Below are positions 1 to 6,053 of a stretch of DNA of 24,000 nt, piece by piece; positions within the stretch are counted from its first letter, which is position 1; the number at the start of each line of letters is the position of its first letter. Origin of the DNA: Jeotgalibacillus soli (GTDB lineage Bacteria > Bacillota > Bacilli > Bacillales > Jeotgalibacillaceae); contig NZ_JXRP01000009.1 of assembly GCF_000829435.1 (NCBI RefSeq), positions 865,720 through 889,719 of the forward strand, read 5' to 3'. The notes under the pieces were generated by a model. It was given only the letters and a program-made list of their open reading frames with translations. It was not told the origin of the DNA and searched no databases. A program made the translations under genes and the position numbers.

Positions 1-869
1 TGGATCTTGAGCATTATGACATATTGCATGCACAGGATTTATTTACAGCAAATGTTTTAGGAAGATTAAATAATTGGTATAAAAAACCGATATTTTTTAC
101 TCCTCATGGCTCTTTTACAAGCAGCAGACTCAAATTTGGCAAATTAATTTCTGGCTCTATAGAGGAAGCCTATTTTCGCTGTATTGAAGAAAGAGCGATT
201 TTCAACGCAAGGAAAGTTATTATGATAAGTGATAATTTTCGTGCACCATTATGTGAATTTGGTGCACGGAAAGATCAGCTGATTAAGGTGAACACAGGTA
301 TTGAATGGGAGTATGAAGAGAAGAAATGTGAAAATACTGACAAGATTATCATTACAGTCATCTCTCGTTTATCACCAAGAAAAGGTCATCGTTATTTATT
401 GGAGGCGCTTGATAAGATTAAGGGATCATTGCCAAATGTAGAGCTGCGAATCGTAGGTGATGGCGTAATGAGAGGAAATCTTGAGCAGCAAGTTCAGGAC
501 TTGGGGCTTTCAAATGTTTATTTTTATGGAGTACGAAGTGATATTCCTGAATTGCTAAGGCAGTCTGATATCTATGTATTGCCAACAATTAATGATAATA
601 TGCCGATTTCGGTAATTGAAGCCATGTTTGGAGAACAGGCCATCATTACCACGAATTGTGGTGGAATTCCGGAAATTATACAAGATCAGCAAACTGGATT
701 CGTGGTAGATCCAGGCAACGTAAATGAATTAGCTGATCGTCTGCTGCTCCTTATTAGCAGCCGGGAGTTGCGAAAAGCGTTAGCTGAAAAGGCAAAAAGC
801 TATGCACATCAACACTTAACCGCGGAAATAATGGTGAAAGGGATTCTTGCTGGGTATGAATCATTTTAG
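1..869 (+). CDS. Glycosyltransferase, GT4-like (GT-B fold), 5' end truncated by the window edge
   Basis: The reading frame is open from base 3, with no stop upstream of the TTG at 24 used by the ORF track. Stop TAG at 867-869. The C-terminal half carries the typical GT4 nucleotide-sugar region: ISVIEAMFGEQAIITTNCGGIPEIIQDQQTGFVVDPGNVNELADRL. Confidence 0.8.
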   Translation, partial: DLEHYDILHAQDLFTANVLGRLNNWYKKPIFFTPHGSFTSSRLKFGKLISGSIEEAYFRCIEERAIFNARKVIMISDNFRAPLCEFGARKDQLIKVNTGIEWEYEEKKCENTDKIIITVISRLSPRKGHRYLLEALDKIKGSLPNVELRIVGDGVMRGNLEQQVQDLGLSNVYFYGVRSDIPELLRQSDIYVLPTINDNMPISVIEAMFGEQAIITTNCGGIPEIIQDQQTGFVVDPGNVNELADRLLLLISSRELRKALAEKAKSYAHQHLTAEIMVKGILAGYESF

Positions 870-1077
870 TGGGGGAAGGGCGCCAGCATCTATTACAACA
901 CCCCCACGTTTGTTTCTTTTTGCTTGTTCAGAAGTATACGGGAGAATTGGAAAAATGAGAAATAGCAAGATGTATATACTAGAAAAAAATAGTTACATAA
1001 TGCACTCCTATGAAAAAAGTATCTATTGAGATCAACAAATGCTTTCTAATTGAGAAACGGAGAATAATATTGAGAAT

Positions 1078-1114
1078 AAAAAAATCATGACTCATAAAAG
1101 AGTCATGATTTTTT
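1078..1114. terminator. Bidirectional rho-independent terminator between the convergent glycosyltransferase and katA genes
   Basis: Perfect 10-bp stem ATCATGACTC (1084-1093) / GAGTCATGAT (1100-1109) with a 6-nt loop. It is flanked by an A-run (1078-1084) and a T-run (1109-1114), so it reads as a terminator on both strands. Confidence 0.8.
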
Positions 1115-1133
1115 ACGGTACTGATTTTACAAA

Positions 1134-2600
1134 TTAGTTAGATTTAACTTCTTCAGGTACAGATAAACCTAAACCTTCTGCAACGCGAGTTCCGAATTCT
1201 GGATCTGCTTTGTAGAGATGGCCAATTTGACGAAGCTTAATTTCGTCTTTTTCAACAGGTTTCAATCCGTTCACGAAGGTTTGAACAAGACGTGCGCGCT
1301 CTTCTTCGCTTTGTAGACGATATAGGTCACCAGGCTGAGTATAGAAATCATCGCGGTCATACCCTACATTGCCTGCTTGTCCAGTAACTTCGAATGATGC
1401 TTGCTTAGCTTCAGGTGCTTCTGTTGGGCCGCCATAGCTATTTGGTTCGTAGTAAACTGAGCCTCCGCCGTTATTGTCAAAGCGCATCTGACCATCACGT
1501 TGGTAGTTGTTCACTTCATTACGTGCACGGTTAATTGGCAATGCTTGGTGGTTAGCTCCTACACGATAGCGATGTGCGTCGTGGTATGCAAACAAACGAC
1601 CTTGTAGCATTTTATCTGGAGAAACATCAATACCAGGTACTAAAGTTCCAGGAGAGAATGTTGCCTGCTCTACTTCTGCAAAATAGTTTTCTGGGTTGCG
1701 ATCTAATACCATACGACCAACTTCGATTAGAGGATAGTCTTTTTGAGACCATGTTTTTGTTACATCGAATGGATCAAAACGATACGTATTTGCATCCTCT
1801 AATGGCATGATTTGTACATACAATTTCCAAGCAGGGAAGTCCCCATTTTCAATCGCATTGAATAGATCTTCTGTATGGTAATCAGGGTTTTCACCGGCAA
1901 TTTTGTCAGCAACATCTTGTGTAAGATTTTTAATGCCTTGCTCGGTTTTGAAATGATACTGGATCCATACGCTTTCGCCTTCAGCATTCGTCCATTTAAA
2001 TGTATGGCTTCCGAAGCCATGCATGTGACGAAGTGTTGCAGGGATACCGCGGTCACCCATGAGGTATGTTACTTGGTGCAGAGATTCAGGTGATAAAGAC
2101 CAGAAATCCCATACAGCATTAGGGTTTTTCAAATGTGTTTGTGGATGACGTTTTTGTGTATGGATAAAATCAGGAAATTTAATTGCATCACGAATGAAGA
2201 AAACAGGCGTGTTGTTACCAACAATATCATAATTTCCTTCCTCAGTATAAAACTTCACTGAGAATCCACGAGGATCGCGAACAGTATCTGCAGAACCTAA
2301 TTCTCCAGCAACTGTTGAGAAACGAGTGAATAGTGGAGTACGCTTTCCTACTTCTGAAAATAGATTTGCTTTTGTATATTTTGAGATATCGTTCGTTACT
2401 TCAAAGTAACCGTGCGCGCCGGCACCTTTCGCGTGAACAACACGCTCAGGAACTCGTTCTCTATTAAAATGCGCCAATTTTTCTAGAAGATGTACGTCTT
2501 GAATTAATGTTGGTCCGCGTGAACCAGCTGTCATAGAGTTTTGGTTATCTCCGACCGGAGCACCCCAGCCAGTGGTAAGAGTTTTCTTTTCGTTACTCAT
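1134..2600 (-). CDS. katA: Monofunctional haem catalase (vegetative catalase)
   Basis: 488 aa. Catalase motifs: [18 protein letters not shown] (distal His), [34 protein letters not shown] (proximal Tyr region). Essentially collinear with B. subtilis KatA as I remember it. RBS AAGAGGTGA lies 7 nt upstream of the ATG on the minus strand. Confidence 0.97.
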   Translation of the reverse strand: MSNEKKTLTTGWGAPVGDNQNSMTAGSRGPTLIQDVHLLEKLAHFNRERVPERVVHAKGAGAHGYFEVTNDISKYTKANLFSEVGKRTPLFTRFSTVAGELGSADTVRDPRGFSVKFYTEEGNYDIVGNNTPVFFIRDAIKFPDFIHTQKRHPQTHLKNPNAVWDFWSLSPESLHQVTYLMGDRGIPATLRHMHGFGSHTFKWTNAEGESVWIQYHFKTEQGIKNLTQDVADKIAGENPDYHTEDLFNAIENGDFPAWKLYVQIMPLEDANTYRFDPFDVTKTWSQKDYPLIEVGRMVLDRNPENYFAEVEQATFSPGTLVPGIDVSPDKMLQGRLFAYHDAHRYRVGANHQALPINRARNEVNNYQRDGQMRFDNNGGGSVYYEPNSYGGPTEAPEAKQASFEVTGQAGNVGYDRDDFYTQPGDLYRLQSEEERARLVQTFVNGLKPVEKDEIKLRQIGHLYKADPEFGTRVAEGLGLSVPEEVKSN

Positions 2601-2675
2601 TATAGAATCACCTCTTAATATAATTTTTTACACATTTATAATAATAGCACATATCATTTAAAAATCAATTCTTTA

Positions 2676-2690
2676 TTATAATGATTATAA
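2676..2690. promoter_or_regulatory. PerR box (peroxide-regulon operator) upstream of katA
   Basis: TTATAATGATTATAA is an exact match to the published 7-1-7 PerR consensus TTATAATNATTATAA. It lies 76-90 bp upstream of the katA ATG, just upstream of a sigma-A-like promoter read on the minus strand (TTGATT, about 16 nt, TGcTATTAT). A half-site, TTATAATAAT (2637-2646), overlaps the -10. Confidence 0.8.
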
Positions 2691-2928
2691 TGTGTAATAA
2701 ATATAGTAGAAATGTATATCCTTTTAAATTATAACATTATTTACTAATTAAGCTATTGATAGGCAAGTGGATATTTGAAGAAGTGAGAGGCGAGGGTTAA
2801 GCAATGATGTCCAAAAGATGCTTTAACGGGCATGATTGTGTAGATCAACTTCTGTTTTCGTCGAAAGTTTTTTAGCAGCCAATGAAATCATGTTTCTCAT
2901 TTAATCATTTACTATATTAACAAATGAA

Positions 2929-2961
2929 AAAATCACCCTTAAATTTGTCCAAGGATGATTT
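2929..2961 (-). terminator. Possible terminator downstream of the HAD phosphatase gene
   Basis: Minus-strand hairpin AAATCATCCTT / AAGGGTGATTT (one mismatch, 10-nt loop) followed by TTTTCATTT. It sits about 95 nt after the stop codon. Confidence 0.45.
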
Positions 2962-3057
2962 CTAATTTGTAGAGCATGCTGTAATTAAAAGACTTATAAT
3001 TAATGAAGATTGAACGTTGACAAGAATGTCAAAATAGCTGATTCTAGCCAAACGCTT

Positions 3058-3834
3058 CTATTGCTTCATTGCTAAGTCGGAATAGGCAGTTAAATTAAAT
3101 ATTTTTCTTAAAGCAAGGATCACTCCTTGGTGGTCATTATCCTCAGTCACCCAATCAGCGCTTTTTTTCACAGAGTCTGGGGCATTTTTCATAGCAACTC
3201 CTAACCCGGCAGCTTCCAGCATTTCGATATCATTTGTGCCATTACCAATTGTAACGACTTCATTTTGCGTAATTCCAAGCTGATTGATTAGCGGTAAAAT
3301 GCCTGTCCATTTTGAGCCTGCTGGAAATACTTCCAGTCGGTCTCCTTCATCAAAACCAGCAGCCTCAGTAATCATTTCTTGAAGAGCAGCACGGTGCTCA
3401 GCCTGAATATAAAGAGCCAGTCGGTGCGCGTCTTGCTTTGTATCGATGATATTCGATTCTACCGCTTCAGGCAGCAGGTATTCTATTCCGCGAGGTGGAT
3501 GGTTGGAACGTGAAGTGCGATCTGAAAAATGAATAAAGACTCCGTTCAATTCATGTGTCCTTTTACAAAGAACATGTGCTAGGCTGGATGGGATTTTGAC
3601 ATCGTGGATTACACTGCCTTCTGAAAGAACATATCCCCCGTTATAAGTAACATAGATAGAAGTTCCTAATTTTTCACCATACGGGATCGCCCCATCTAAA
3701 GATCGCCCCGTTGCCAACGCTACGAGCACACCCTTCTGTTGAATTTCCCGGACTGTTTTAACTAGCTGCTCATCAAGCTGTTCTTGAGAATTTAAAATAG
3801 TTCCATCAATATCAAGAAAGACAATTCTATACAT
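3058..3834 (-). CDS. Cof-type HAD-IIB family sugar-phosphate phosphatase
   Basis: HAD motif I FLDIDGTILN, motif II ATGR, motif IV GNGTNDIEMLEAAGLGVAM. Start moved to ATG 3834, where RBS GAGGAGG is 6 nt upstream. The TTG at 3837 used by the ORF track is only 3 nt from the RBS. Confidence 0.9.
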   Translation of the reverse strand: MYRIVFLDIDGTILNSQEQLDEQLVKTVREIQQKGVLVALATGRSLDGAIPYGEKLGTSIYVTYNGGYVLSEGSVIHDVKIPSSLAHVLCKRTHELNGVFIHFSDRTSRSNHPPRGIEYLLPEAVESNIIDTKQDAHRLALYIQAEHRAALQEMITEAAGFDEGDRLEVFPAGSKWTGILPLINQLGITQNEVVTIGNGTNDIEMLEAAGLGVAMKNAPDSVKKSADWVTEDNDHQGVILALRKIFNLTAYSDLAMKQ

Positions 3835-3984
3835 CAAGATCCTCCTCTAAATTTTTATGATATGCGATAAAACACAAAATAATATGAACGTAAACATATT
3901 ATACAAAATACAGATTATTGTATATAGAAAGTAAAGTAAAATGATTGAAGTGAATAATTGGAAATATTTTTTTGGAAAAAATGA

Positions 3985-3999
3985 TTGAAAACGTTTTCT
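3985..3999 (+). promoter_or_regulatory. Catabolite-responsive element (cre, CcpA site) candidate
   Basis: tTGAAAACGTTTTCT satisfies every constrained position of the WTGNAANCGNWNNCW consensus and 13/14 positions of TGWAANCGNTNWCA. It is nearly palindromic. Confidence 0.65.
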
Positions 4000-4026
4000 G
4001 GATGTGATAATTTGTGTATAGAGAAA

Positions 4027-4045
4027 GTACAAAAAATTGTACAAT
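4027..4045. promoter_or_regulatory. Palindromic operator candidate (GTACAA-N4-TTGTAC, containing ATTGTACAAT)
   Basis: GTACAAAAAATTGTAC (4027-4042) has 6-bp inverted arms. ATTGTACAAT (4036-4045) is a perfect 10-bp palindrome. The outer arms AAAGTA (4024-4029) / TACTTT (4045-4050) are also inverted. Confidence 0.45.
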
Positions 4046-4148
4046 ACTTTGTGAAATAATCAATAAAATAAATCAGCTATTACATTTTTGATTATGATTG
4101 ATCATTCATGGTCGATGGATGTATAGTTTAAACATTCTGAAAAAAATA

Positions 4149-4163
4149 TTGAAATCGTTTTTT
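4149..4163 (+). promoter_or_regulatory. Second cre-like element (one mismatch)
   Basis: tTGAAATCGTTTTTT matches WTGNAANCGNWNNCW except at the penultimate C, which is T at 4162. Confidence 0.4.
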
Positions 4164-4190
4164 GAGTATGATAAATTAAATTTGTGAAAA

Positions 4191-4208
4191 TACAAAAAAA
4201 TGTACATT
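4191..4208. promoter_or_regulatory. Palindromic operator candidate (AATGTACATT) next to the yhfZ-like start
   Basis: AATGTACATT (4199-4208) is a perfect 10-bp palindrome. TACA-N6-TGTA spans 4191-4204. It occupies the same position in module copy 2 as 4027-4045 does in copy 1. Confidence 0.45.
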
Positions 4209-4228
4209 GGATAAAATGGTGATGTGGA

Positions 4229-5149
4229 ATGAGAGAAGATCTCTATTCAAAAAAAGGTATTGTTTTACAAAAAATCGCTGAGGAATTACTCTTTATTGAA
4301 GTGGATGAAAGACTGCCGAAAGTAGGTGATTTCTCTGAGAAGTATCAAGTTGGAAGGGGAACCATCCAGTCTGCATTAAAAAGGCTGGAGAAAGAAAAAT
4401 GTATAACACTCGAACCAAGAGGACATTTAGGCACGTTTCTAAGAGCTAAGAACCTGTCGAATTTACTCCTGTTTTCAGGAGTAAATCAAATTACTGCTGT
4501 AATGCCGCTGCCTTATTCCAAAAAGTATGAAGGACTGGCAACAGGACTTACTTCTGAATTAGAAGGAATAGGACTTTCTCTAAATATCGCTTTTATGAGA
4601 GGCTCTAAGCTTAGGCTGGAAGGAGTAAAGGAAGGACGATACGATTTTGCTCTTATATCAAAGTATTCTGCTCAGGAAGCGTTAAAAAATGAAAGTAATT
4701 TAAAAATAGCATTGGAATTTGGAATAAAAACATATGTTTCGGAACATGCCGTTATTTTTTCAAATCCAGAAAATAAACAGCTCAAAGATGGAATGAAGGT
4801 TGGAATCGACAGTTTTTCTACGGATCAAAAGATATTAACGCAGGCTGAAGCAACTGGATTAACTATTGAGTACCTTGAATTTAATTATATGCATATGCTT
4901 CAACATCTAAAGGCAAAAACAATTGATGCAACGATTTGGAATGTTGATGAAATAGATCCGACATTATTTCATATTCAATCACTTGCTTCACCACTGGCAA
5001 TCAACTACGAAAGTCAAATGAATGAAGCGGTTTGTGTGATAAAGAAGGATAATCGAAAGATGGAGTACATTATTAATCAGCTTTCAAAAAATAAGATCGT
5101 TGAAATTCAATCAGATGTTGTTAAGGGGAATATAATTCCAAAATACTAG
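4229..5149 (+). CDS. yhfZ: YhfZ-type transcriptional regulator (GntR-like winged helix plus large C-terminal ligand-binding-like domain)
   Basis: 306 aa. N-terminal wHTH-like segment FSEKYQVGRGTIQSALKRLEKEKCITLEPRGHLGTFL, followed by a roughly 230-aa non-DNA-binding domain. Size and architecture match E. coli YhfZ (about 300 aa, from memory). It heads a cluster containing all other yhf-locus families. Confidence 0.75.
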   Translation: MREDLYSKKGIVLQKIAEELLFIEVDERLPKVGDFSEKYQVGRGTIQSALKRLEKEKCITLEPRGHLGTFLRAKNLSNLLLFSGVNQITAVMPLPYSKKYEGLATGLTSELEGIGLSLNIAFMRGSKLRLEGVKEGRYDFALISKYSAQEALKNESNLKIALEFGIKTYVSEHAVIFSNPENKQLKDGMKVGIDSFSTDQKILTQAEATGLTIEYLEFNYMHMLQHLKAKTIDATIWNVDEIDPTLFHIQSLASPLAINYESQMNEAVCVIKKDNRKMEYIINQLSKNKIVEIQSDVVKGNIIPKY

Positions 5150-5256
5150 TATATATTGTATAAAGATTTTTCATTTGGCTGCATTTTTGGGGGTGATCAG
5201 CTTCAAGGTGATAATGATTAATTGTACTTTATGAATTGCTGAGAATTAATAAACTC

Positions 5257-5285
5257 AATATACAGTATATAGTATATTGTATATT
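5257..5285. promoter_or_regulatory. Inverted repeat AATATACA-N13-TGTATATT upstream of the yhfY-like gene
   Basis: Perfect 8-bp arms at 5257-5264 and 5278-5285 enclose the tandem AGTATAT AGTATAT. It lies 31-59 nt upstream of the TTG start at 5316 and downstream of a -10-like TGATAAT (5209-5215). Confidence 0.4.
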
Positions 5286-5315
5286 TGGTTGAAAATATAA
5301 GGGGGATGAACAACC

Positions 5316-5672
5316 TTGGATGCTACTTTAAAAGAAAGAGTAGATTTACTGCATGACACGAATCAAATAAACGATGAAATTTATCATCGGTTACCAGGTA
5401 TTTTTGATGAAGTTGAAAAATATTTGGACGTAATATTGACAGAGGAAAATGCTGGATCCTTTGCTAGTCATGTGTCAGTGGCCTTACAGAGAATTTCAGA
5501 AAATAATCCTGTTACAGAGATTTCTGATGAACTTAAAAGCGTTATTGAAGCAAATCCGAAATACTACCAATTTGCTAAAGAGGTTTTATCTGCTGGAAGC
5601 TTAAATGTTGATGCCGAAGCCGCTTTTATCACACTATACTTTTGTCTATTAACTGGAGAGGAGAATGCATAA
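5316..5672 (+). CDS. yhfY: Stand-alone PRD-domain protein (YhfY-type)
   Basis: 118 aa, with a TTG start and RBS GGGGGA 9 nt upstream. PRD-like helix with conserved His/Arg, SFASHVSVALQRI; the His52 codon is at 5469-5471. No RNA- or DNA-binding domain and no EIIA/EIIB domain is attached. E. coli YhfY is about 120 aa. Confidence 0.7.
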   Translation: MDATLKERVDLLHDTNQINDEIYHRLPGIFDEVEKYLDVILTEENAGSFASHVSVALQRISENNPVTEISDELKSVIEANPKYYQFAKEVLSAGSLNVDAEAAFITLYFCLLTGEENA

Positions 5673-6043
5673 TGTTACGAATCGTTATTGGAGGTCTTAA
5701 AAAAGACGTTATTGAAAGAAGTGCAAAAGCTGCCGGAGGAGATAAGGTTCAAGTAACCGTTACTTCTGATTTTGATGCTGCAAAAAAAATAAAGGCTGGA
5801 GACGCTGATTATTATTTAGGTGCTTGTAATAGTGGAGGCGGAGCTGCGCTTTCAGTATGTATCGGTATTTTAGGCTATTCAAATTGCTCGACTGTAGCGA
5901 AAAATGGTAAAAAACCAAATCCAGCTGAAATCGAGAAATTGGTATCTGAAGGTAAAATTGCTTTTGGGATGTCCGTTGAAGGTATTGAAGAAGCAGTTCC
6001 ACTCATTGTTAATAGTCTGCTTAAAAAAAATAACCTTGCGTAG
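5672..6043 (+). CDS. yhfU: DUF2620-family small protein (YhfU-type)
   Basis: 123 aa from ATG 5672, which overlaps the yhfY-like stop as TAATG (5670-5674). Strong RBS GGAGAGGAG (5655-5663), 8 nt upstream. N-terminal beta-strand-like MLRIVIGG and a Cys/Gly-rich loop YYLGACNSGGGAALS; the Cys52 codon is at 5825-5827. The longer TTG-5642 start in the ORF track was rejected. Confidence 0.7.
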   Translation: MLRIVIGGLKKDVIERSAKAAGGDKVQVTVTSDFDAAKKIKAGDADYYLGACNSGGGAALSVCIGILGYSNCSTVAKNGKKPNPAEIEKLVSEGKIAFGMSVEGIEEAVPLIVNSLLKKNNLA

Positions 6044-6053
6044 GAGGTAGGGT

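Larger units (their letters stand above)
3976..4047 (+). promoter_or_regulatory. Regulatory module copy 1: cre box, TG-extended -10-like region, TTTGTG, palindrome
   Basis: Aligns with 4141-4208. About 83% identity over the first 35 nt, and 19/22 over AAAGTACAAAAAATTGTACAAT versus AAAATACAAAAAAATGTACATT. Contains TTGAAA (3985-3990) and TGTGATAAT (4003-4011). The exact -35/-10 assignment is ambiguous because the spacer is 15 or 17 nt depending on which hexamer is chosen. Confidence 0.6.
4141..4208 (+). promoter_or_regulatory. Regulatory module copy 2, proximal to the yhfZ-like gene
   Basis: Paralogous to 3976-4047. TTGAAA (4149-4154), 17-nt spacer, TGaTAAATT (4169-4177), TTTGTG, then TACAAAAAAATGTA with AATGTACATT. 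It ends 20 nt before the ATG at 4229. Confidence 0.6.

Noticed and set aside
869-922. GTGGGGG...CCCCCAC inverted repeat followed by a T-rich stretch, considered as the glycosyltransferase terminator
   Set aside because: The 25-nt loop is too large for a typical intrinsic terminator. The perfect bidirectional hairpin at 1078-1114 is a better candidate.
847-1029. 60-aa ORF in the gap between the glycosyltransferase and katA
   Set aside because: It overlaps the end of the glycosyltransferase gene, has no RBS and no recognisable family. It lies in convergent-terminator space.
1574-2093. Three ORFs (78, 85 and 72 aa) within or antisense to katA
   Set aside because: These are shadow ORFs inside a confidently assigned catalase gene, with no RBS or family features.
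2804-2875. 23-codon ORF (MMSKRCFNGHDCVDQLLFSSKVF) with an upstream GAGGG
   Set aside because: It is too short and unsupported, with no conservation evidence available. It may be a gene remnant in the katA/HAD gap.
3847-4044. 65-aa minus-strand ORF
   Set aside because: It is a low-complexity, Phe/Ile/Tyr-rich translation of AT-rich promoter DNA and overlaps regulatory module copy 1.
5642-5671. TTG-initiated N-terminal extension of the DUF2620 ORF (MSINWRGECI)
   Set aside because: It overlaps the PRD gene. ATG 5672 has a strong, correctly spaced RBS and a TAATG coupling junction.
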